From contig OZ024740.1 of the NCBI GenBank assembly GCA_964016885.1, positions 53,506,001 through 53,570,000 on the forward strand: DNA of 64,000 nt, in the 5' to 3' direction. Numbering within the stretch: the stretch's first letter is position 1; each line of letters opens with the position of its first letter. Positions 37,927-51,990 of the stretch are shown here, piece by piece. The notes beneath the pieces were generated by a model, which was not told the DNA's origin, searched no databases, and saw nothing but the letters and a program-made list of their open reading frames with translations. Both the position numbers and the translations under genes were made by a program. The DNA is from Eledone cirrhosa. Lineage: Eukaryota.

Positions 37927-39572
37927 CACACAAAAGCAAACACACGGACACTTATATATATATAGTCTATACATGTCACTGGTGAGGTTTTCAACTCTCG
38001 TCAGTAGTCATAGACAAAGGTACAACAAAGTGGGATCAAACACAGATATTACGATGATTTGCTTTGCATCCACACACGATAAAAAATATGAACCAGTAAT
38101 TAACGTATAAGTACCAAGTGGTAACTACAGCTATGATGTAGTCCAAACAAGCCTTGCACACATGTTATTTTGTGGAGGATTTCCAATAATGATGATTAAT
38201 AATATGGCTCAAATAGTAATGAATAAATAAATAAACAAATAAATTAACAAATAAATAAATTAATAAATAAATAAATAAATAAATAAATAGATAAATAAAT
38301 ATGGTGTAAAAAAACAACATAAAAGAAATCTTTAGTTCGTAGGGAAACAAAAATATTATTTTGCGGTTATCCAATGTCTTCTTTAAATCAATATTCCACT
38401 CTTGCTCTTATAGCATTATTGATTACTCATCAAAATATGCTGCAATGTGCCTTCAGTCGTACATGCCCTGTTTGTTAATTGTTTCAGGCACACAAACGTT
38501 ATGATCCGCTCCCAGTACAATGCCTGCGGCAATAAATAAATAGATAAATGAATGAATGAATATAGAAATACATAAAATAAAGGAAACAGAGTGAGAAATA
38601 GCTACAGAAATTTACGAACGGTTTCGTTCTTTTTACAAGAAATATGAAATACTTGAAGAACGGTCATCTTCAGTTTTTGCCAATATAAGAAAGAAGCACG
38701 ATATATTGTTAACGGGTGGAAACGCTCCCATGTGATCAGTTCGAAGAATCTTACCATAAACTTTTTAGTATTTATAACGAGCCAATGAATGAATCATTCG
38801 CAGTACAAGCAGCAAGCATTCGAGATTTTTTCTATGGAAATAAACGAATAAATAAGTACAAAAATGGTATGAAAGAAGCAAAAACAAAATCAACAACACT
38901 GTAAGCGCATACATACAAATACAAAAATGAAAGAGAAAGAATGAATTTAAAAAGAAATAATAAAGATGGATAAAATGGAGGCTTTTCTTCTTTTTTTTTC
39001 CAGTTTCATTTTTTTTCCTTTTTTTTTTGATGTTACTGAGAAAAATGCTTGCTGAGATTCGATGGCCGGCAGCTGGAAAATTCTTCGTGTGCCTTCAGGC
39101 AAGCATTGCTTCTCTTGATTGGAGCAGTGACGACGTTACGTCACATTCTGAAAGCAAAGAAAAATCAGCAGAATTGTCTCGATTGCCATGGGTACCTGTA
39201 GAACTAAGGAATGCCAGCATATATTTTAGTTCGATAGAAAAACCAGTTTCTTTGCAAGTCAATAGCTGAGTTTTAAATTATTTTGCTTCAATGTTGCAAC
39301 ATGAAATGAATTTGGCTAAGAATTAATATCTACCACGTTCCATGGCATATAAAACACATTGCTGTATTTTTTTTTTATTTGTTTCTCAATTCATGAAACA
39401 TATTGCAAATGTATGAAACATATTGAAAAATATATTGCAAGAAGCATATTGCAAAATATATTGGGTTTTGTGGTCTCTTAAAAAACAATATTTCATATAT
39501 ATATATAGATAGATAGATAGAGAGAGAGAGAGAAAGGAAAGAGATAGATAGAGAGATAGATAGAGAGATAGA

Positions 39573-39709
<137 letters not shown>

Positions 39710-39719
39710 ACACACACAT

Positions 39720-39750
<31 letters not shown>

Positions 39751-39874
39751 GTAATAATAATAACTTTGAAGATAAAATCCAAAGAGGGCTCGATAAGGAT
39801 AAATATATATCAAATATCAGAAGATCCTGTTAAGGGTGAAAGCAGCGATTCTTTGCTTAAACTTTAATCTGTTA

Positions 39875-39912
<38 letters not shown>

Positions 39913-40170
39913 CACATACACATATATATAAGTATATATAGCGTAGGCTATAAATCTCCTAGGCAACCGAATGTATATCTCAGGTTTGATTAACAATATT
40001 TGGGGAAATCAGACAAATTAAACACAATATTCAGTGGAAATCAATAATGTTATACAGACAATGAGCAATATCAGTACTCACTAAAAGTTAAATATATGTA
40101 TATTTCTGTATATGTATATTCTATATGTAATTTGTAAATATATAAGATATACATATAAATATCTAAATAT

Positions 40171-40606
40171 ATATATTGTTATACTTGGGGAGGGTCATAT
40201 TGTTGTAATAACATTGCCAGAAATAATAACAGAACACACTCACTGTTTCGTTGGTTTTCGCTTCTGTATCTTTTATATCTCCATAGTTAATTCATTTGAC
40301 AATCAACGTTTATCATTGATTGACCAACGGTTAAAAATACAGATCTAAATATATATATATAGTCTATCAAACTTCTTTCGTTGCACATCTGCAACATCAT
40401 CAGTGGTACTGCTATGTTTCCTCCTGTTGTATTGTATGTCTACGCCATTTTTATTTTATTTATTTATCTAAACGTTGATTGCCAAATAAATTAACTATGG
40501 GGATATAAAAGATACAGAAGCGAAAATCAACATAACAGTACGTGTGTTCTGTTATTATTTCTGGCAATATTTCAACAATATGACCCTCCCCAAGTAAAAC
40601 AATATT
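40171..40606. repeat. Inverted repeat, ~140-bp arms, HHR-like motif in the loop (minus, 40367-40406); third arm copy at 63866-63995
   Basis: Arms 40171-40311 / 40469-40606; CUGAUGA-U-GUUGCA/UGCAAC-GAAA. Confidence 0.75.
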
Positions 40607-40640
40607 TGTTTCGACACACGATTTCATATCAAAAACCTTG

Positions 40641-40700
<60 letters not shown>

Positions 40701-40703
<3 letters not shown>

Positions 40704-41022
40704 AGAACTGTTTGAAAAAAAAAAACCCTTGGTACCTGTCACATCGACCGTCACCACTGGTTTACTCCAACTGAGAACCGTGACGCCTGGCATCTCATCA
40801 TCAACCATGCCTGTTTCCTCCTCTTTCGAAAGCACCGAGAGAGGACAAAATTCACAGGAAGAAGGACCACAACACCAATTCATCAAACACTGACCAGACC
40901 TTCAGCTTCAGCCGTTGCGGCCGTGCATGTCTGTCCCACATTGGCCTGAACAGACACGAGGGCGCTCCCAGTCAACGTGGACCACCTCCTTCATAATCTT
41001 CGTTCGCGAAAACAAGTCATGA
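40701..41022 (+). mobile_element. RTE (BovB/RTE-1-like) LINE 3' end with C-terminal zinc-finger remnant
   Basis: LGTCHIDRHHW..ENRDAW..SSFE / DQTFSFSRCGRACLSHIGLNRHE. Confidence 0.8.
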
Positions 41023-41044
41023 TGTATTTACATATATACATAAT

Positions 41045-41183
41045 AAGCTTCTGCATAGGTTGCATCTAACAAATTCCCCTCACACGGGATATGGTAGAAG
41101 CCGCGTGATTCTAGGTGCAGTGTGATATATCAGAAACTACGTGGTTGCGAAGTGAATTGCTCAACCACAAAGGCATGCCTGCA
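41045..41183 (-). mobile_element. Degenerate SINE (third family)
   Basis: Minus head GCAGGCATGCCTTTGTGGTTGAGCAATTCACTTCGCAACCACGTAG; similar head on plus near 49750. Confidence 0.45.
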
Positions 41184-42362
41184 ATGCAACTGAGCAAAAT
41201 AAAATGTATGTAAATAGCTTAATGCGTCAGATGGAAAAGGGAATTTGCTAAAATGTATTTGCATGCGTGTGTGTATATCTTAGTGTCTTGTATTATAGGG
41301 CTACTTATATGTTTGAACATATAGATTTCAAAAGATGTTCAATGATAGAATTATCAAACTATTTCAGCTATTTTTATGTTATTAAACTTTGTTAATTCTG
41401 AATATATGAAAATAGTCATCTGTCACCAAGGTAAATTATATTTCGGAAAATATTGTCTGTATATATGGTCAGTATCGCAGCTTGAAAACAAATAGGATGT
41501 TTCTAGATATATATTTTCAAGCTCTTGATGCACACAGCTAATTGAATTAGTAGTTATAGTGGTAGTAGTAGTAGTAGTAAGAGCAGAAGAAGAAGAAGAA
41601 GAAGAAGAAGACGACGAAGAAGAAGAAGACAGTAACCAATACTGTCCAATACTCTAACGTGCATAGTGCCGTTGGCATTGTGTCTTGGCACAAATAAGCC
41701 GGCTAAGAAAGCACAGCTTTGATGTTGACGATATTTAGACCAATTTTAGCTTAATTAGGAAGAGGTCGGTTGGACGGTTCACCGTATTAATCATTAGCAC
41801 CAATCAGTGTTTTCAAACAAATGTATTTTTCATATTGGAATAAAGCTGGTATGACGTTCTCTTCTGTTTGTCCTCACGGCTATACGCAAGCGCACATATT
41901 TCGTGCAGACTGATCAAATGGAGCGTGTTATTGTACGGAGTAACAGCAGAACCATTTTTTTTTTTTTGGTCAAGACAGAATTATCGGACGAGCTGAAACG
42001 TGAAATCCTTTATAATACCTCCACCAGTAAATAATGAATAAATATACACAAAATAAATAGATAAATAAACAAATAAATAAAATTCAGAGCGTATCAAACT
42101 AAAAGCAAAACAGAAATACTTCAAATGAACTTATGTACATCGAAAGTAATTTTTTTTCTTTTTTATTAAATAAATCTATGACAATTGTATTTGATAATTG
42201 GATAGAGAATTCCATTTGAAACAGCCGAGAATAAGAAATCTGGATAACTAATTGGCGTCAGGAGTCGAAATACAATGGTATAAAATTCTTCGAGATATTT
42301 TAGTTTTTCAAATTGCTTCCGTTTTTGGTTTTCTTTCCAGTATATATATATATATATATATA

Positions 42363-42487
<125 letters not shown>

Positions 42488-42490
42488 GTA

Positions 42491-42569
<79 letters not shown>

Positions 42570-42596
42570 ATGTATATATATATATGTATATATGTA

Positions 42597-42632
<36 letters not shown>

Positions 42633-42651
42633 TATATATATATATATATAT

Positions 42652-42857
42652 ATAGGAACGAGTAGGACCCCGACGGCTGAGCTAAAGCCGATTCGACGGC
42701 TAATTCTGGACTAAATTTAGTCCAGAATTAGCCGTCGAAACGGTTTGAGCTCAGTCGTCGGGGTCCTACTCGTTCCTATTACCCACTCTATTACCCTAAG
42801 TATTGAGTACTTTGGTGCGTTATGGTCCACCTGGTTCCTTACCACATTTCCTTCGTT

Positions 42858-42895
<38 letters not shown>

Positions 42896-43000
42896 CAAAG
42901 GAAATGTGGTAGGAACCAGAAATAGCCGTCGAAACGGGCTTGAGCTCTGCCGTCGAAGTCATACTTTTTCCTGGTACCTTACCACTTTTCCTTCGTTATA
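42652..43000. mobile_element. Family D: spacer-less hairpin 42652-42779, tail to 42860, second rearranged copy 42894-42998
   Basis: Centre CTAAA|TTTAG at 42715/42716. Confidence 0.75.
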
Positions 43001-43528
43001 TATATATATATATTCTTTTCTCCCGCACGCTGGCCAAGCTGGTATGAATTTTTTCTCTCTCTCTCTCGTTTACGATTTCACAGAACTTATGTTTACCGAA
43101 TTCGCAGACCAGACCCCTTCTTCCTCCAGTTAGACCTGTGCGAAATTCCATCCTTGCTCACATTTCAACCAGGTTTGATGGTCTTTATTCTCTCGTTCAC
43201 GATTTCACCGAATTTAAATTCATAGAAATCTGGGACTTGAATCTTTCTTCCTCACTTTCTGTTGCTTCACCATTTTGTTTGTTTACCCTCGCGTCCCCTT
43301 TATTTACGTGTCCCAACGACTTTTTTTAGCCGTTGCTCGCACCAACCGGAGGTATATGGTCTTTAAAGCGATGAAATGCCTATGATGGTTGGAAGATCAC
43401 TGATGAAGGACAACCTTTTTTCATATGTAACCCATTTGCAACTCCACAGCGCCCTTATTATCATATATATATTTATATATATAAGATTTGTTTTCGCTCT
43501 AACGAGTAGCAGTGGGGAGAGGATACAC

Positions 43529-43569
43529 AGTCTCGACGAGAGGCAACAGCTCTGAAACAATTGTCGACT
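43529..43569 (+). ncRNA. Degenerate hammerhead motif
   Basis: AGUC-UCGACGA-GAGGC..GCUCU-GAA-ACAAUUGU-C-GACU; core begins UC instead of CU. Confidence 0.5.
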
Positions 43570-43672
43570 AATTTCACTTTGCTACCGCTGGAACAAAAGG
43601 ATGACGTCAGTTACTTAAAAAAGACACATGGGGATATGTGGCTGCTTGCTTGCAAAACGACCCGAATATTCA

Positions 43673-43873
43673 TAATTGTTTCTACTTTAGGCACAAGGCT
43701 AGTAATTTGAAGGGGAGGGGAACGTCGATTAATTCGACCCCAGTTCATTACTGGTGCTTTATTTCATCGACCCCGTATGGATGAAAGACAAAGTTAAACT
43801 CGGCAAGATTTGACTCAGAACTTTATGCTGCAAATAATGGTGTCTGACGCTCTACCGATACTGCCAATCCACC
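43673..43873 (-). mobile_element. tRNA-derived SINE; partial copies also at 17621-17724, 45670-45747 and 55384-55470
   Basis: Dominant family. Confidence 0.8.
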
Positions 43874-43915
43874 AAAGAAGATTAATATTGATCACTCACG
43901 AATAAACACACACAC

Positions 43916-44026
<111 letters not shown>

Positions 44027-47000
44027 TCAGATATATGCGGTATATGCACTTGTGTGTATGCGTGTCAAACTACCTGAAACAGTCATCTTCTTTCTTACTT
44101 CTATGTTTGCGTGTAATTAATCAATGAAGTCGGTTCACTCAGTATTTTTCTGCACAGTTTTCTCTGACTTAAGTACTCCATCTCTGTATCACCTTCTTGA
44201 GACTCTGCCGTAAGAGGAGTAGGTCAGGAAGGGTATATATCTTCATCAAATACACTGATAATCGATGAATACAAAATCATGACTCATTATCTACAAACCA
44301 GGCATGCTTTATCAATTCGATTTCCGTAATATCAGTTTGGCATTCAAATTATAGTCCTATTTATTCAGTTGTTAATTATGTTGTTTATCCGTAAGTCTGA
44401 TTTCACTGCTCAAACACATGACTAAAGGCTTTCCGGTCGTACTCATCTCATATGTTTTCTTGACTAAATTATCCATTCTCTGTCCATCCACTTTAAAGAG
44501 TGTAGTGTATTTCTAGCTCACATAACTTCGGAGAGTCTTCATCACTGGAAACCATACGTTCAAATGAAATGTTATTGAATAAAAATGGATTTGCATGAAA
44601 AATCATTGCATTAACATTAAATTTCGTATTGATATTAATCTAAGAAAGTTAATGTGTACCAAGTTGCATATTACTAAAATGCTCAGATACTTTTTACCTG
44701 AATTGCTGATGAAGTTATATAAGAGTTAATCAATCAAAACTTCTGTACCCTGCTATGTAGAAAGTTTGTAATCTACTAAATATGGTGTGCTCACTGTATA
44801 TGCCCAATGATATTAGACATACAAGTTAGAGTCTAAGGAAGATAATGTTTTCAATTTTGTTTAAGGAACTAAGTACAATTTTTATTAGAAGCTGAAATGT
44901 AACATATCGTGACTCAGGATTCATACAGTGTGTCATGTTTGTGTGTGTGTATGTATGCGCGTTTGTTTATATGTGTGTGCATCAGTATGACTTCTAAATC
45001 AAAACTAATGAACCTCGTCACTAACATAAGCCAGAGAATTGCCACAATACCATTTGGAAAAACAACCGGTGAGCAACTAAAATTATTTCGTAATATTAGA
45101 GTACGCTCACAAACCATTCAAATAAACCATACAAAAACTGATTCCAGGAAAGATAATATTTACTATTTTAAACCGCCATTTTGTCTAAAAATATAAACGT
45201 AATAAAAATCTGATGAAACTAAGTACCAAACATATCGCAAATGACAATAAATATCAAAAGTTAATCAGGAGATGCAACACAAAAGTTCTCTTTAGCTGCA
45301 CAAAGAAAACAAAATCATGCTACGCAACTTAGAAAAAAAAACTTATATCTACAAATCCATAGCGCATAGCCAAAAGAAGATTTAAATCCAACAGTTCAAA
45401 TCCTTGACCACTAAATAGAAATTCGCTAAAGAAGTACCCTATAGGGCAGAAGCACTGACAGAGCGACAGGCGAACAAACGGTATATCGATCGGAGCAACA
45501 AGCAGTTCGTTCAAAGCCCAAATACAAACAACGCGAACTTGTTTTACGATCTTTATAAAAGGAATGCAGCGCTCTGTTGAATAACATAAGAAATTAAAGG
45601 TTGAATAAAATATACACACATACACAAACACACACAGGCACACATAAAGAGACAGACACACACACATATGAACTCTGATCGTAAAGGGACATAACTCTAT
45701 GCTGGAAAGCATGGCGTCCGACCCTCTACCGATACTGCCAATCCACTGTATGACTGAGATAATTTGACGTAATTAGTATTCCGAGGCAAATGCTTATTGT
45801 TGTTATGAAAACGGATAATATTAGGAAACTGGGAGAGAAAAATAATATTCTTTGAAACTAACTTCTAAAAAATGTGGGGCGAAAAGTTGAACAATATCTA
45901 GGGAAAATATTTACTTTATTCACATATCTATTACATCTCCAAAGATTTTATACTAAACAAAATATTGCGCTATTTTGAGGTATTCTGAGTATGTTGTGCC
46001 ATTCTACACTATTTGCATCAACTGTTTTCTGGTAGGCAAAGAGTGTATAATTAATGTGAAATTGTACAGTAAACACCTGATTTCAAAGACGAAGTTTATA
46101 AAATACCCGAATCGGTTATAAATCTAAGTTAAATAAAGATTAACAAAATAAAAGTAGAAATAATATAGAACCAAAAATGAAATTGTGAATGGTTTTCAAA
46201 AATAAACATTTTTTCATCTAAATTCTTTTTCTAAATTCCAAATAATTTTCTAGAAACTCATAGATATACTTCTTTAATTAAAACATTTTTATCAGACTAA
46301 AGTATTTTGGATATTTTTAAAGGAAACACCAGAATATATCTCCGTACATAGCTTAAAGATATTCACCATTAAACCAAACATTTCGTACGCTTCTTTCGCA
46401 ACAAAAAAAGCAACATAAAACGCGTGATTTTATGTTTTGTTTTTGAAAAGATTTATCTGTTGTTATATTTTACGTAAAAGTAAATAAAAGGAAAATAAGG
46501 AATGTTGCATTAAATGTTGAGTTAGTTTCGCACCGAGCTGAAGCAGACGATTAAAACCAGCCTGTAGCATTAATCAATGCTTTCACTGTACTTTTTGCGA
46601 TTAAAACTTGACTTTCAGACATTATTGAATGAAATAATCCGTTGATAAAACCTTGATAATTATTATTTTTATTCTTTTCAGGCGAAGAAATGCATGCGTT
46701 TATCTTTTCACTATGATTCCCAAAAGGGAGAATTCTTTCTGGCATGAGTAGAAAGGACAAAGGCAGGTGTTTCTAAAACTAGAGAAGCAATATAATTAAA
46801 GTTGTAGATTTCTCACAGGAATTGAAATAAATAATTATAAATATCGGGTACAGTTGAGGGTAGAGAAAGATGGCATGATTACTAGCTGAGATTGTATCGA
46901 TATTTCTATTGATAAGTATTTTCTATTTGGTTTTTGGCATGAAAATTAAACATATCATTTTGATCCAATTCAAATTATCAAACTCATAATATTTCAATTA

Positions 47001-47147
47001 TTGAAAACTTAGACTTGCAGCTTAATATCGAGGTTGTGAGAAGACAAGAATTAGAAAACAACATAAAAACTCTCACACAAACAGAAACGCATACGTAATC
47101 ACATACAATAATACACATAGACAAAGACAAACAGACGCATACATTTG

Positions 47148-47232
<85 letters not shown>

Positions 47233-47401
47233 TATTATATTATATTATATTGCAATTTATTATATGATATTATATTATTTATCAAAGGTTCCATGCCTAA
47301 CAGTGACGCGTTTAATCCCGGGCGACAATACCCGCAATAAAATTATTATTCTATATATCTACTGAGATTTTTCTTCCAGGTAGTTAAAGCTAGTAAATTA
47401 T

Positions 47402-47522
<121 letters not shown>

Positions 47523-48275
47523 AACACACACACAAACTCTCGCTCTTTCACACACACACACAGCAACTCTCTCTATGTATATATATAAATATGTTTAAGA
47601 GAGAGAGCTAGCGAATGTGTCTATATGTGACCATGTGTATGTATGTAAATATGTATGTTTGTATGTATGTATGCATGAATATATATATATATATGTTTGT
47701 ATTTCTGTATATAGAAGTTAAATTACGAGTGAATAAACTTTTGATTTTCAAATCTACAGTAGAATGCTGTTGGACATAACAATTTGCATACAATTATCGC
47801 TCGTGTTGGTAATTAATTAAGACATATAGTAAGAATTGTCCAAGCAGCCGAGGTTATAGATAAACTTATATCTGTATCAATACAGAGTGTTGAACCGAGA
47901 CTGCATAAATGCGTATAAATATATACATATATCTCATGTCCTTTTCAGAATAATACGTAGAGCAACGGGTCTCTATACCCATCAAATACATGTTTTTATT
48001 GTGGTTCATGAGACGATATATCTTCTGATAAGTGTACAACAAGAGCCGAAAATCCGAAAATCGATTAAAGATGTTTATTAATTTTTTAATTTACATGGAA
48101 ACTCGTATTTTATGTCATGTTTGCATGTCTAGATATTAGACATGTGTATTAATTTATACAGATTGGGGCATTTCGCTTACACACTCTCTATTTATACAAA
48201 TACAATTTTATCATATATCACAATTTTATCCCGAAGAGAGGATATTGGAACGTTGTGCACTGAAGGTTCCTTAAA

Positions 48276-48311
48276 CCCTGATGAAGGGACTTTTAGGTCC
48301 CGAAATATTGG
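48276..48311 (+). ncRNA. Minimal type I hammerhead ribozyme motif
   Basis: CC-CUGAUGA-A-GGGAC(UUUUAG)GUCCC-GAA-AUAU-U-GG; stem I short. Confidence 0.65.
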
Positions 48312-48469
48312 ACAGATAAAAGAACAAGAACAAGAACAACAAAACGAAACAAAGATTACTAAGTAACTTTTACTTTTCGTTACCTCATATTACAGTCCAT
48401 TTTGCATTGTTTAGTCTGCTAACTCTCTCAACGTTATATATTATATACAATGCTTCAAGCAAACTATAA

Positions 48470-48510
<41 letters not shown>

Positions 48511-48532
48511 GTAATAGTTTGCTTGAAGCAAC

Positions 48533-48593
<61 letters not shown>

Positions 48594-51289
48594 TGTGTGT
48601 GTACACAAGCAATAGTAAACAATCATAAAAGTAAAATAAATAAATCCTGAATTATAATCAAGGATTGGGCTTTTAATCTGCTCTGATGCCAAAGTATCAG
48701 CTGTTTGTAAAAAATCTATTTATGTTTTGAGGTGCCCACAATCATTGTATTGCTTACATGACTGGTGGTGACGTGTGTTAAGTGAAGCAGAGTAGGGATG
48801 AGATCTAAGGGAAAGAAACGATCGAGTTTAGATCTCCAATTGGAAAGGCTCCACATTACTTAGAATATTAATATCTCTTTGGCGAAAGCTCAAATATGAA
48901 CATGCTTCTCATACTCCTACTATTTTCACTCTTATCGTGTTATCCTATGTCTGATTGAATTGTAACCACTTGACTAGATAATTATGTTTCTTTCAAATCG
49001 TGATCCTTTAAGAATTCTCTTAATTCTCACGTTTCCCTTCCACCGTTATGTAGGGAATTTAAGCATAAAGTATATACAATGAAGCAATTTATAAGACCCC
49101 TCTACCTTTCTATCTTAGAAGGTTTGAAAGAGCAAAATTGGTCCTCTTTTCAGATACAATTCTTAAACCTGCCCATTTGAATCAGCAGTATTGATATTCA
49201 GAATTATGGGGTCGGGGTGTTGTATCATAACCAAATTATGGCATCGCAACAAATAACATCAGGAGATATGCAGCATGATGATGATATGATGATGACGATA
49301 ATGATGATGATGATGATGCGGCTGCTGCTGCTGAGGATGATGAGGATCCTGATGATAATGGTGCGTGATGATGATGATGATGAGGATGACGACAACGGCG
49401 ACGAGTGGATATTAGATTAGACATTTGGAGGGAAATAACAGACAAGAAAATGAAACTAATATATGAATATTATCTGTTTGTTTCAGTTTTCTCAAATGGA
49501 GACAATTAAATATTCATAGAAAATGTAGGAGGCACAGTCGCAGAAAATAGCTGTAATTACAGTCAGTTGCTACAAACAAAAGCTAAGAAAATCGGGTGAT
49601 ATAACACCATGGGCGGAAAAAATAGCCAGCGGTCGCTACGAAGAATCGAACTTTGTACCTTTCAGAAAGAATGAAAGCAAGTCGATGACTCCAATTGTCA
49701 GTACATTGTATCTGTTGTGTTTAAATCATTATTTCATAGTTGATACAAGAATGGCTGTATAGTTAAGAAATTTATTTTGCAGTTACGTAGTTCCATATTA
49801 AATTCAACTGCATGATACCTGTGGTGGTATTTACTTCGACAAATCCCACACAAATAATTCGTTATGACTCTCATCTACGGCGCTATTGTTCACCAAATAT
49901 CATATATGCATTAATTATAATAAATAAATGATAATGGTTTATTAATAAATCATACTGAGGCTGGAGGAAATCGAGGGTTATTGCACTTATTGTTTTGCAT
50001 TAGTTTCTGATGTAAAATCAACGGTTCAAACCTGTAATCGAACTCGCATCGTGAAAAGAGAAAATTAGATGTTTCTCCTGAATATTCCCATAACAATATT
50101 TTTTGCAATAATATCAGATGTTATTGTATTTGCGATGTGCTACCATATATTATGAGTAATTTCACTTTATTTGTTCTTTTATTTTATTCATAAAAATAAG
50201 ATGAGCCCTCCCAAAGCTCCTGTCTTCGAGTTTTTGCAAAAGCCATTCCTACGACCCATTCCTCTATATGAAAGCCACTGAAAGAACACTAGCAATTGTA
50301 TTCCTGTTACTGGAAATATTGGACATTTTGGGTGCAAGGAAACAATCCACAAAAAATAATAGTCTTAATGTCCACTACACGAAACAAGAAAAAACTAAAA
50401 AACAAATGATAAGCAGGTGTTAAAAAATGTTAATACTTCAAGTGTTCATTGAAGAAGTAAAATAAACAACAAAAATATATAAATAAACTGATCTCTATAG
50501 AGGGCAGAGCATGTCGCACAAACTTAACAATAATTAAGTCAGCAGGCTTTATGAAAACATCGTACAGTTATATTATATATATCACGAAAGATATAATTTG
50601 TGATTATTTATATATTTAATTGTGTTTTTTTCTTTCGGGAATCGTTGGTAGGATAAATAACTCTACGTTCTCACAATTGAAAATAAGCAATGAGGTACAG
50701 TGAGGACTGGCCTTGTATCACCTCGGCTAGTGAAGCATCACTGCAACGGGAATTTAATAGATATCTACTAATAGGATAACAATGCAGTATTGAATACGAC
50801 ACAATGATAAGCCGTTTTTAGATTTGTCTACTCAAGACTTAAACCGGGACGGAAAATGATTGTTTAACCTTCAGTGTTTTTGTGGCTATTGAAAAGTCTT
50901 TTATTATTATATTTGACTAATCTATAGTAAATATTTACTGATCAAATACTAACACATTGTATCATATACATGCTACATGCGCCCCTCCTCCACTGTGTGT
51001 TATTCAGACAAAACAAAACAAAAAATACTCCAAAAATAAATATAAAAAACATGATTGTTAATCCTCTCTGAATTGTCGCTTTCTTTAAGAAAACTTACAA
51101 CGTAAACTTATATATTATGGGGCGTGTGTATGGGTGGGTACTTGTGCGCGTGATTGTCTGGGCGTATTTCAATATGTGTATTATTTAGGAGCATGTGCGT
51201 GCGTAAGTCTGTATATGTACGTATGTATATTATATGTATATGTCTATATATATATGTATCGCTCTCTCTCTCTCTATATATATATGTGT

Positions 51290-51990
<701 letters not shown>

